Below, piece by piece: positions 1-7,097 of a stretch of DNA of 37,917 nucleotides. A program made the position numbers and the translations under genes. The notes under the pieces were generated by a model. The model was not told the origin of the DNA. It did no database searches and saw only the letters and a list, made by a program, of their open reading frames with translations. The stretch lies in the IMG/VR virus record IMGVR_UViG_3300045988_120875, positions 1-37,917 of that record; one strand, 5' to 3'. Source of the DNA: a virus. Each line of letters starts with the position of its first letter. The first letter of the stretch is position 1.

Positions 1-61
1 TGAGTCTGGTTGAGCAGCATGATTTCTTCCAAGGACAATTCGTTGCGAGCAACTGCCAGCA
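1..61. repeat. 61-bp direct terminal repeat, copy 1 (identical to 37857..37917)
   Basis: Base-by-base comparison of the two window ends shows 61/61 identity. This is the signature of a circularly closed assembly or of terminal redundancy. Confidence 0.95.
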
Positions 62-197
62 CCTGCCTGTCCGTCAGGCCGTACTTGTCTCTAAGTGGCG
101 CCAAAATCGCACACATATTCTTCTTGGTGAAGGGGACCTGCCCAGACGTGAGCTTGCTGTAAGCCTTCTGAATTTCAACGGCTACTTCTAACTGCAT
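1..197 (-). CDS. Hypothetical protein, N-terminal part of a 73-aa ORF that wraps the window junction
   Basis: ATG at 197 lies after AAGGAG. Translation is MQLEVAVEIQKAYSKLTSGQVPFTKKNMCAILAPLRDKYGLTDRQVLAVARNELSLEEIMLLNQTQ, and it continues in frame at 37856 (EETKQHG, stop 37832..37834). Confidence 0.6.
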   Translation of the reverse strand, partial: MQLEVAVEIQKAYSKLTSGQVPFTKKNMCAILAPLRDKYGLTDRQVLAVARNELSLEEIMLLNQT

Positions 198-271
198 AGT
201 TTAATATCTCCTTTCAGTCGATGAGTTGATGCTGCAGCCCACGCAGCGCACTTTCGCAGGAAGCCGGGCGC

Positions 272-535
272 TCAACGTTCAGTGTTGTCACATCCGTCCA
301 TCTTGGCCCCCTCAATCTCAAGCGCACGTTCACGAAGGTCTCCGAATCCGTACTCATCCTGCCAGCCCAGCTCCGCAGAGGCTTTTTGGCAACTCTCACA
401 TAGATAACACGTCCACGGAGTTCCATCAAAAACACAACTGCGTTCCATCATAGTCCCTCGGCAAAATTTTCGCCCACACCCAAAGCAAACATGGTCAACC
501 CTCGTTTTTACAACTTTTCTTCCGGCAACATCCAT
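272..535 (-). CDS. Cys-rich (multi-CxxC) hypothetical protein
   Basis: This is track ORF 272..553. The preferred start is the ATG at 535, 7 nt after GGAGGA and just past the upstream stop at 540. It contains CFGCGRKFC and CYLCESC motifs. Confidence 0.6.
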   Translation of the reverse strand: MDVAGRKVVKTRVDHVCFGCGRKFCRGTMMERSCVFDGTPWTCYLCESCQKASAELGWQDEYGFGDLRERALEIEGAKMDGCDNTER

Positions 536-539
536 GTGT

Positions 540-770
540 TCATCCTCCGTCATGCACCGTTGTGTACTTCCAAATCAACGTGTTCAACTTTCGCAGCCCC
601 TCCATGGTAATTAGACCCTGCGCATACAGATCATCCTGCAAGCGCTTAAAGGCGTCTGCCGTGTTTTTGGCGCATGGAAAGCCTTCAGCAAAGTGTTCCT
701 TTGCAAAAACGTCCGCTTCCGGCATAGGTGCCACACATAAACGGCTGGTGTTGTTAATGTATTCACCCAT
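540..770 (-). CDS. Hypothetical protein
   Basis: 76-aa ORF with a GGAGGG RBS, tightly packed in the operon. Confidence 0.6.
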   Translation of the reverse strand: MGEYINNTSRLCVAPMPEADVFAKEHFAEGFPCAKNTADAFKRLQDDLYAQGLITMEGLRKLNTLIWKYTTVHDGG

Positions 771-772
771 TG

Positions 773-1132
773 TCAGCCCTCCTTCCTTTCCTGCGTCTCG
801 AAGTAAAACTCAATCGGTTTTTCGGCCTCGATGACATTGCCATAAACCACGCCAATCTTGTAGATATAGTTCTCGCGCAGCTTTCGCGGAATTTCTGCGA
901 TGTAGCGTCTAAAAGTTTCAAGCGAATTTGCGCGCTTGTAGTGATTGCACATTCGGCAGGCTGGCATGAGGTTGTCAAGGTCATCTGTTCCAGCGTCCTC
1001 AATACCCCACGCCCTCAATGGGTGGAAATGGTCTACCTGCATATCCTTGTAGGCGATTTCGCGTCCACAGTACGCACAGTGGCCATTATACTTTCGGTAG
1101 ACCGCTTCACGCTTTGATTTGCTAATTGCCAT
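773..1132 (-). CDS. HNH endonuclease
   Basis: CAYCG...VDHFHP...DNLMPACRMCNHYK is a classical HNH/CxxC motif arrangement. RBS is GGAGGAGG. Confidence 0.85.
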   Translation of the reverse strand: MAISKSKREAVYRKYNGHCAYCGREIAYKDMQVDHFHPLRAWGIEDAGTDDLDNLMPACRMCNHYKRANSLETFRRYIAEIPRKLRENYIYKIGVVYGNVIEAEKPIEFYFETQERKEG

Positions 1133-1135
1133 CCT

Positions 1136-1438
1136 TCATCGCCTCCTCCACCGGCATCCGTTACAGGCCCCCTCATGGGCCAGCGTGTAGTTTCCGCATT
1201 TCAGGCACAGTTCGTTCCGCAGTGCGTCAATCTCTTTTGTCTGCGCCTCGATCCGGTCGGCGGCGGCAAGTCCAATCGCGTCAACGTCGCAGGAGGACCA
1301 CTCTGTTAAATTGATTTTTTCCGCCAGATCTTCCGGGACCGGCTCCGTTTTGCAAAACAAGCATTTCTTGCAGTCGCCCATTGGCCCGCCTGCTGTCGAA
1401 ACGCATCTAAGCGCATTTACGAGGTTTGCATCTCTCAT
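1136..1438 (-). CDS. Cys-rich hypothetical protein
   Basis: 100-aa ORF with a GAGGA RBS and CKKCLFC plus CLKCG..CNGC motifs. Confidence 0.55.
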   Translation of the reverse strand: MRDANLVNALRCVSTAGGPMGDCKKCLFCKTEPVPEDLAEKINLTEWSSCDVDAIGLAAADRIEAQTKEIDALRNELCLKCGNYTLAHEGACNGCRWRRR

Positions 1439-1447
1439 AATTTATCC

Positions 1448-1630
1448 TCACATTTCTTCATTCAGCCAGCTTGCCCACGTCACCATGCGGGTATCATCGG
1501 CATTAGATAGTTTCTCCGGGAATTTCAGGTCGAGCGAGCAGCCCTTTGCTTCCAGCGCGTCATCCACGGCTTTTTCGATCAGCTCCCCCAATCTGGCTGC
1601 GTTTTTCGTGTAAAACTCAAAGTTTGTCAT
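1448..1630 (-). CDS. Hypothetical protein
   Basis: 60-aa ORF whose start overlaps the upstream stop as ATGA. RBS is GGAGGG. Confidence 0.5.
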   Translation of the reverse strand: MTNFEFYTKNAARLGELIEKAVDDALEAKGCSLDLKFPEKLSNADDTRMVTWASWLNEEM

Positions 1631-2496
1631 TCCTCAAACCCTCCAAGAACTTCCTGCCCCGGCAAAACGCCGTCCTCCATCCACCAGTGAAATACATCCA
1701 CGCCGGATTGCCACTGGCATGGCAGACTTCGCTTTCTCCGTTCTTCCAGCATCCGATCGAACGCCCGGATATACGCCGCCTTGATTCTCGGATAGCGGGC
1801 GAACTCCATGGCCCTTGCTTTTGATGCTATGGGGCAGCCTACGCAGCCGACCCGGTGGAATCCCTCGCAGTACAGCGGATTCATGGGTATTTTTTCTGCG
1901 CCGACGTAATCCCAAATATCTGCCGTTTGCCAGTCCACAATGGGGTTTACTACTCGCTTCCCCTTGAGCTGACATGTTTCAAATAATCGGCGATTCTCGT
2001 CATTATCATTTGATAGGATCAGTTTGTTTTGTGGCTTAGACGTTAATACCTCCAAGCCGCCGCGGCGTTTCCTGGCCGTGGATTCCGCCCAGCGAACGCC
2101 CGTAGCGATTAACCGGTCCTTGCCTCCCCCCTCTTTAAGGGCATCGCAACAGTACCGCATCAGGCGTGTGGGCGGCATGAGCTTCTTTTGAATCAGGTTC
2201 CACATGGTCACGCGGGAGCCGTCCGGCTGAACGTGCTTATCCACGGTGCACTTCACGCCCTTTTCCTCCAAACGGCGGAACGTATCGTACACATGGCGCA
2301 CCGTCTCCGGCGCGTCCGCCGTGGTGAGAGAGTGCAGAGCCTCAAAGGGGATGCCGCTTTTTTCTGCCAGATGCAGCATCACATCACTGTCCTTGCCACC
2401 GCTGTATGTGATCACCAGCGGCTTCTCGAAAAGCCGAAGGCTCATGTCCGATGCCGTCCGCAGCCGCTCTATGGAGGTCTGCTCCAAGTCGCTCAT
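1627..2496 (-). CDS. PAPS-reductase family (PP-loop ATPase, DndC/IbrA-like) protein
   Basis: SGGKDS PP-loop motif (YSGGKDSDV) and a C-terminal Cys cluster (CEGFHRVGCVGCP). The start is moved to the ATG at 2496, preceded by GGAGGTGGAGGA and overlapping the upstream stop as ATGA. Confidence 0.8.
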   Translation of the reverse strand: MSDLEQTSIERLRTASDMSLRLFEKPLVITYSGGKDSDVMLHLAEKSGIPFEALHSLTTADAPETVRHVYDTFRRLEEKGVKCTVDKHVQPDGSRVTMWNLIQKKLMPPTRLMRYCCDALKEGGGKDRLIATGVRWAESTARKRRGGLEVLTSKPQNKLILSNDNDENRRLFETCQLKGKRVVNPIVDWQTADIWDYVGAEKIPMNPLYCEGFHRVGCVGCPIASKARAMEFARYPRIKAAYIRAFDRMLEERRKRSLPCQWQSGVDVFHWWMEDGVLPGQEVLGGFEE

Positions 2497-2816
2497 TCCT
2501 CCACCTCCTGCATCCAGAACGCCTTTTTGCACTCAAAGCAAGGTTGTGCATTGCAGTTAATTTCTGTAAATGCAAACACATTCATCGGGCAAGCATTGAG
2601 GCACCCTTGTGCCAAAATTCGCGCGCCGGGGTAATGCTTCAATAACTCGCTCTGGCGGGTTTTGACGGGGTGCTCGGTGGCCCACTGCTCGACAAACTTC
2701 ACCGCCCATGTGTTATCTCCTGCTGTCCTGTAATCGTTGTAGCGCATTTTTTCTTCGGTAGACCCCCTTTTGCTGAGACGGTCAACCTTGTCCAAAAACT
2801 CCACAGCATCCATCAT
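2493..2816 (-). CDS. Hypothetical protein with a Cys-rich C-terminus
   Basis: 107-aa ORF with a GGAGG RBS, translationally coupled on both sides. Confidence 0.55.
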   Translation of the reverse strand: MMDAVEFLDKVDRLSKRGSTEEKMRYNDYRTAGDNTWAVKFVEQWATEHPVKTRQSELLKHYPGARILAQGCLNACPMNVFAFTEINCNAQPCFECKKAFWMQEVEE

Positions 2817-3265
2817 TCTGCCTCCTTCTCCGGCAAAAGTCTGTCCGTCAAAACATCCGCAATGGTGTACATGATCTCGTCTCGTTCTAACTGCGGGAAC
2901 TTATATTCGTTGACAATCTGCTCCACTCTTTGACGGATCAGTGGTCTGGCATTGCGGCACTCTTCCTCCAAAATGTCATAGGCTACGCTGTTCGGTCTTT
3001 CCCAAACATCAGCTTTCCGGAATACAGTAAAAGACGATAGCCCGTCGATAACGTCACGCACCTTTTGCGGGATCATTTTCTTACAAAAATCATCCTCGCC
3101 AACATAGGTATCTACCATAGCCGCAACTTCGCTGTGAGATATATTTGCAATAATGTCATATACATTGAGGCTGCGCATATCTTCTCGGATTTTCTGATAC
3201 AGCGCATCCTTGCAAACTTCTTTAATTTCATCGCGATCAAGGTAATCTTCAATTTTAATATCCAT
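2813..3265 (-). CDS. Hypothetical protein
   Basis: 150-aa ORF with a GAGGAGG RBS. Confidence 0.6.
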   Translation of the reverse strand: MDIKIEDYLDRDEIKEVCKDALYQKIREDMRSLNVYDIIANISHSEVAAMVDTYVGEDDFCKKMIPQKVRDVIDGLSSFTVFRKADVWERPNSVAYDILEEECRNARPLIRQRVEQIVNEYKFPQLERDEIMYTIADVLTDRLLPEKEAE

Positions 3266-3795
3266 TATTCTGCCTCCTCAATTTCCACGCGGATCGTATC
3301 TCCGTTCCAAAATTTGTGTTCCACGGCGCGGAACCACTTCCGGTTATCGTCCGGCAGTAGGTAGCCCTTCATCGCGTCCACAAAGGCTTTGCCCAGCGCG
3401 CCGTGATTGTCGACGTCCAGATTGTCATCCCAGAAAAATGTCACCTTGACGGGGCGTTTTACCAGACGTTTTGCAATACCTGCTTTGCGCATCGCCCAGT
3501 GGGCCAGCTCGTGCAGCTCTTCCGCGTCCTTCTTTCGCTGCGACCAATGCTTACCGGCGTAATACGCGTTCAGGCCAAACCGCTTGTTCCATGTAGCCTT
3601 GCCGCGCTTTGTTGCCGGATATGGGATCTCAAATGTAATCACAGTTGAATCACGCTTCGGCTCAAAGCCGCTTTTTTTCTCGCACTTGCACAGGTGGCAT
3701 TTGTCTGAATTTCTGTTTGCGCAATGTACGCATGCAAAGGCAAACGTATAAACCCCCATCGGGTAAAGAACTGGTACGGTAGATTCAACCTTCAT
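3265..3795 (-). CDS. RusA-like Holliday-junction resolvase with an N-terminal Cys-rich extension
   Basis: The C-terminal half has the RusA-type pattern DVDNHGALGKAFVDAMKGYLLPDDN (DxDN..K..D....DD). The N-terminus has CVHC..CHLCKC. Confidence 0.55.
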   Translation of the reverse strand: MKVESTVPVLYPMGVYTFAFACVHCANRNSDKCHLCKCEKKSGFEPKRDSTVITFEIPYPATKRGKATWNKRFGLNAYYAGKHWSQRKKDAEELHELAHWAMRKAGIAKRLVKRPVKVTFFWDDNLDVDNHGALGKAFVDAMKGYLLPDDNRKWFRAVEHKFWNGDTIRVEIEEAE

Positions 3796-3929
3796 CGTTT
3801 TTCTTCCTTTCCGTCAACAATGATCTGCACCACGCGGACACGGCCCAGAGGCTCCAGCAGCATAGCAACTGCCTCCTTCGTGCCCTGTGTGTCCTCGCCA
3901 TCGTAAATGTCAATCACAAGCCGCATCAT
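3792..3929 (-). CDS. Small hypothetical protein (45 aa)
   Basis: Internal ATG at 3929 follows AGGAGGG and overlaps the upstream stop as ATGA. The longer track ORF (to 4112) overlaps the better-supported 3926..4222 gene. Confidence 0.45.
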   Translation of the reverse strand: MMRLVIDIYDGEDTQGTKEAVAMLLEPLGRVRVVQIIVDGKEEKR

Positions 3930-4222
3930 CGTGTGTCCCTCCTGAATTTTGGGCAGTAGTGGATCACGAACGAGGATGCTACCCGTGTACCGCCCTTGCC
4001 CTTGCCGCCGGCCTTCAGCACCCGGCTTGTGGGGGTGGCGTCCCAGCCTGGGACCGGCTCCAGATGATCGGACCACTCGCAGCCGCCGCAGGCGTTGGCA
4101 CACGTCCAGCAAAGCTGCTGCTGATATGCGGCTGCGGCGCTGCCCTTGGGGGCTTTCTTCTGCTTCTTCTCCCGCGGGGGATAGCGGCGGATCAGTTCGT
4201 CCAGCCGAAAATTACTTGCCAT
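3926..4222 (-). CDS. Cys-rich hypothetical protein (CWTCANACGGCEWS motif)
   Basis: 98-aa ORF with a GAGGTG RBS, starting immediately after the upstream stop. Confidence 0.55.
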   Translation of the reverse strand: MASNFRLDELIRRYPPREKKQKKAPKGSAAAAYQQQLCWTCANACGGCEWSDHLEPVPGWDATPTSRVLKAGGKGKGGTRVASSFVIHYCPKFRRDTR

Positions 4223-4627
4223 TCAAACACCTCGCATATCTGCCAGAGCGCACCAGGCGGCATACGTCATCCCCTGCTTTTTCGCTTCGGAGGGGGTAGG
4301 GATACCGGCCTCGTGCCAGCGCTCGTGCTGTTCGCCTGCCTTGGCGTAGAATTTTTCCAGATAGGCGTCGGACGGCTCCGGCATGGGGGCCTCCTTCGCC
4401 TTTGGGGTTTCCGGTTTGGGCAGGTATGGGACCAGTTCGGATGCGTCCGGCGGGAACCGGTTCTCCCGTGCCCGGAGGATCACCGCCTGTTTCGCGTCCT
4501 CATAGGCCCACGGTTCCAATACCAGCGTCCACGCCTCCAGATCTGCGGGGGTGCGGGGCTGCTGCTTGGAGCTGGGGTAAAGTGTCTCAATCAGGTTAAA
4601 CAACCGCTGGGTGTCCTGCTTCTCCAT
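4223..4627 (-). CDS. Putative replicative-helicase loader/organizer (G39P-like N-terminal domain)
   Basis: The N-terminal pattern LFNLIETLYP...LEAWTLVLEPWAYEDAKQAVILRARENRFPPDASELV resembles the SPP1 G39P loader family. RBS is AGGAG. The gene lies next to an iteron-like gap. Confidence 0.4.
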   Translation of the reverse strand: MEKQDTQRLFNLIETLYPSSKQQPRTPADLEAWTLVLEPWAYEDAKQAVILRARENRFPPDASELVPYLPKPETPKAKEAPMPEPSDAYLEKFYAKAGEQHERWHEAGIPTPSEAKKQGMTYAAWCALADMRGV

Positions 4628-4653
4628 GTTCTTCTCCTGTAAGACTTCCGTAG

Positions 4654-4695
4654 TAGTCTCTAATTAGCTTCTAATTCCTGTATTAGCCTCTAATT
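4654..4695. repeat. Three direct 12-mer repeats TAGYYTCTAATT (iteron-like)
   Basis: Copies are TAGTCTCTAATT at 4654..4665, TAGCTTCTAATT at 4665..4676 and TAGCCTCTAATT at 4684..4695. They sit in the 233-nt ORF-free gap between ssb and the loader-like gene. Confidence 0.7.
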
Positions 4696-4698
4696 CTT

Positions 4699-4753
4699 TT
4701 CCCCCTGCCAATAGAGAGATAAATATATAAATCTTTTCTTCTTAGGGGGGTGT
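4699..4753 (+). repeat. Element A: CCCCCT / AT-rich core / AGGGGGGTGT, paralogous to 14406..14453
   Basis: Shares TTCCCCCT, an identical 17-mer AGAGAGATAAATATATA, TTCTTA and AGGGGGGTGT with element B, in the same order and orientation. Confidence 0.8.
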
Positions 4754-4860
4754 GGGGGGGCGTTCTTCTTTTCTCTGCGGCTGCTGTGTGCGTCGGTGAT
4801 CGTGCTGCGGCTTGCTTGCATCCGCCCGTCATCACCCTTTAGATACACACGGCAACGTTG

Positions 4861-5274
4861 TTAAAAGGGAAGCTCCCCGTCATCCTGAATTTCTTCAAAG
4901 CCTCCGTTGCTGTTCATGGGCGGGGCGGCGGCGGTGCGGGCGTCGATGCGCTGAGCGCCCACAGAGGCCCACTCCGCGATGAAGTCGATATAAACCTTGC
5001 CCTGGTAGTCATGGGGTTCTACGCGGCCCACAGCGATGATGGGGTCACCCTTGGAGGCGCTGGCGATTGCACGGCCCATGGAACCGAAGCCCTTGACGTT
5101 CATCCAGACGGTGGTCCCGTCAGACTTGTTATAGGCCGCCACGGAGACGGAGCCGATGACGGTGCCGCTCTTGGAGGTGAAGATCTGGGCGTCCTTGGCG
5201 CAGCGGCCACAGATCAGGCCGGTTTTCTGCGGGACGCCTTCCTGGTTGCAGTCCGGTAAGCCGTTGATAAACAT
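4861..5274 (-). CDS. ssb: Single-stranded DNA-binding protein
   Basis: 137 aa of OB-fold size, with a Gly/Pro-rich linker and the acidic tail DDGELPF typical of SSB. RBS is GGAGGA. Confidence 0.8.
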   Translation of the reverse strand: MFINGLPDCNQEGVPQKTGLICGRCAKDAQIFTSKSGTVIGSVSVAAYNKSDGTTVWMNVKGFGSMGRAIASASKGDPIIAVGRVEPHDYQGKVYIDFIAEWASVGAQRIDARTAAAPPMNSNGGFEEIQDDGELPF

Positions 5275-5993
5275 CAGGCTTCCTCCTTCGGTTCCAGGGC
5301 ATCCAGCAGGGCGTCAAAGTCCTTGCTGAGCACCTTGCTGGCGCTGTCGTAGCCGTGGGCCTTCAAGAGAGCTTTCGCCTCCTGCTTCGTCAGGCCGTGG
5401 CGGGAACAGGCAGAATAGAAGAATTTGATCTGTGCGGCGGTGATGGGGGCCTCCGGGTCCTTGCTCTTGAGATAAACCTCGCCGTCCTCTGTGTCGCTCT
5501 CAATGTCCTGCGTGAACATATCAGAGACGCAGCCGAGGGACAGGGCAGCAGAGACAAGGGCACGTTTCTGGGCCATCTTCACGGCGCTGTTGGCACCGTC
5601 ATAGGGGGACTGGGAGCCGGTGCGGCCCTCCCGGGTGTTGCCGGAGCCGTAGGCGGAGGTGATGACGTATTCCTTGCCATCATAGATCTTAATGAGGTCG
5701 CAGCGGACGAGGAAATAGAAAAAGCCGTGCTCGATATCTTCCAGCTTGCTTTCCAGCGTGTAGCGCTGGCAGAGGCCGTAAGTCACGGCCACCTTCTCCG
5801 CACCGGGCTTGTAGAGGGCGGGGTTTTTTGTCAAGGCGTCGCCGTTTTTTTTGCGGATCATGCCGAAGTCGATGCCGCGTTTCAGGGTGGCGGTTACACC
5901 GCCGGGGCCGCAAATGGTGTAATTCCCGGAGCGGGGGACGGGGGCCACCGTCAGGGCTGTGGCGTTGTATTGGTACAGGGCGAGTTCATTCAT
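5274..5993 (-). CDS. Putative single-strand annealing protein (ERF/Rad52-superfamily-like)
   Basis: The motif GANSAVKMAQKRALVSAALSLGCVSDMF followed by an acidic stretch resembles the ERF-type signature. The gene is sandwiched between the nuclease and SSB, as in Exo/Bet-type modules. Confidence 0.5.
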   Translation of the reverse strand: MNELALYQYNATALTVAPVPRSGNYTICGPGGVTATLKRGIDFGMIRKKNGDALTKNPALYKPGAEKVAVTYGLCQRYTLESKLEDIEHGFFYFLVRCDLIKIYDGKEYVITSAYGSGNTREGRTGSQSPYDGANSAVKMAQKRALVSAALSLGCVSDMFTQDIESDTEDGEVYLKSKDPEAPITAAQIKFFYSACSRHGLTKQEAKALLKAHGYDSASKVLSKDFDALLDALEPKEEA

Positions 5994-6571
5994 GTGCGTT
6001 TCTTCCTTTCTGTGGCGTGGTGGAGGGTAATGCAGGCGTTCAGAAGCACCAGACGTGGTTCTACGCGCTTGAGGATATACGTTCCGTCGTTCGACAGCTT
6101 CAGGGCATACAGGGCCGGTTCCGGCGGAAGCAGAAAGGTTTCCGCCTGCCGCAGCTCCGCATAGGCAGTGAGCTGGGCGGAAAGGGCGGCGTCATGGAGC
6201 TGGCCGGTCTTGATGTCCAGAATGGCGGGGGCGCCGTCGATGGTGCCGAAGCGGTCCAGTGTTCCGGCATAGCCAAGGAGGATGGATCCAATGGGGTGTT
6301 CGATCAGTTTCCATTCCGGCTTATAGTCCGCCAGAAATCGGCGGTAGGCTTTCAGGTATCCGGCGATCTCCGGGGTTTCCTCCGGTTCCTCGCCGTAGTC
6401 GATGAGGGCGCAGGCTTCGTGGACAGCGGTTCCCCGGCTGGCGGCGGCCTCCGCCAGCCATGGCCGGTCTGACTTGTAGTCATAGGCACAGAAGCGGGTG
6501 ATCTCGGTCACGCTGGGAAGCCGGATGCCGCAAAGGGTGTAGGTGTGGGTTGCCTCGTCAAATGTCAGCAT
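5990..6571 (-). CDS. PD-(D/E)XK (Cas4/RecB-like) recombination exonuclease
   Basis: FDEATHTY..LPSVTEI N-terminus and a GTLD...ILDIKTG (D..D.K) core. The start is moved to the ATG at 6571 after GGAGGG. Confidence 0.7.
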   Translation of the reverse strand: MLTFDEATHTYTLCGIRLPSVTEITRFCAYDYKSDRPWLAEAAASRGTAVHEACALIDYGEEPEETPEIAGYLKAYRRFLADYKPEWKLIEHPIGSILLGYAGTLDRFGTIDGAPAILDIKTGQLHDAALSAQLTAYAELRQAETFLLPPEPALYALKLSNDGTYILKRVEPRLVLLNACITLHHATERKKRT

Positions 6572-6782
6572 TGGGACCCTCCGTATACAGGACCGGGATA
6601 CCGAGGGCATCGGCAAACAGATCCATGTTGTTATCCAGCTCGTTCAGCAGGTAATCTTTAAAGCAGGGCGGGCAGCACAGTTCCCCGTTGGGCAGGACGA
6701 ACACGCGGTCGCAATCGTCCTCCGCATTGGGGTTCAGGGGATGCTCGCAGAAGTGGCAGATGGGATAGGTTTTTCTGGTCAT
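6558..6782 (-). CDS. Small zinc-ribbon protein
   Basis: 74 aa with CHFC...CCPPC and a GGAGGGAG RBS. Confidence 0.55.
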   Translation of the reverse strand: MTRKTYPICHFCEHPLNPNAEDDCDRVFVLPNGELCCPPCFKDYLLNELDNNMDLFADALGIPVLYTEGPNADI

Positions 6783-6969
6783 AATTGGGTCTCCCTCCAG
6801 ATACGGACCGCATGGGCGATGTCCGTATATTTTTTCGTGCGGTAGCCGCAGGAATCGCAGAGGACGAAAAACAGGTCCTCTTTTCGGGGGCTACCATCCG
6901 TTTACCGCCGTACATGTGGCACCGGGGGCAGGGCGGTAATTCTGCCATCCGGTCACGGCGTCTGCGCAT
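6779..6969 (-). pseudogene. Lar-family-like zinc-ribbon gene interrupted by a -1 frame change at an A4 run (6881..6884)
   Basis: Frame 0 reads (MRRRRDR)MAELPPCPRCHMYGGKRMVAPEK. The -1 frame continues EDLFFVLCDSCGYRTKKYTDIAHAVRIWRETQL to a stop at 6779..6781, which overlaps the next ATG. Joined, the two parts match the Lar pattern CPxC...V.C..CG....A...W. Confidence 0.5.
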
Positions 6970-7097
6970 CAGACCACGCCCAGCATGTGGGCCAGCACCA
7001 TGAGCAGGAAGCCGAGGAAGCAGCCGAAGGAGATCCAGGCGGAGAAGTCGGCCCGGTCCCGGCGGCGCTCCTCCCGGGTGCGGTTAGCGCGTTTCAT
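6969..7097 (-). CDS. 42-aa basic N-terminus plus single-TM micro-protein
   Basis: Hand translation gives MKRANRTREERRRDRADFSAWISFGCFLGFLLMVLAHMLGVV. RBS is GAGAGGGGGAA. It is below the ORF-track cutoff. Confidence 0.45.
   Translation of the reverse strand: MKRANRTREERRRDRADFSAWISFGCFLGFLLMVLAHMLGVV

Noticed and set aside
1-61. Interpreting the 61-bp repeat as a genuine physical direct terminal repeat of the virion DNA.
   Set aside because: A gene reads through the junction and the repeat is short, in the size range of an assembler k-mer overlap. Physical ends cannot be inferred from sequence alone.
773-1132. The HNH endonuclease as part of an HNH-terminase cos-packaging pair.
   Set aside because: On the circular map the HNH gene is about 18 kb from terL and sits inside the early arm, so the usual adjacent HNH-TerS-TerL arrangement is absent. 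It is probably a free-standing or homing-type nuclease.
3887-4642. 251-aa plus-strand ORF, plus other plus-strand ORFs across 4858..6472.
   Set aside because: They are antisense shadows of the tightly coupled minus-strand early genes (loader-like, SSB, annealing protein, nuclease). They have low-complexity Gly/Arg/Leu composition.
4654-4760. Possible CRISPR array or CRISPR-like repeats. The same question applies to the repeats at 11291..11499 and 25788..25837.
   Set aside because: The repeats are only 11 to 23 bp long and occur two or three times, either without regular spacers or directly abutting. This is inconsistent with CRISPR architecture. Iterons, arm sites or operators explain them better.
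6658-6969. The 103-aa frame-0 reading of the Lar-like locus as one intact gene.
   Set aside because: After the A4 run the frame-0 product becomes low in complexity and overlaps 6558..6782 by about 125 nt. The -1 frame carries the conserved second zinc knuckle and ends in an ATGA coupling, so I call it frameshifted instead.
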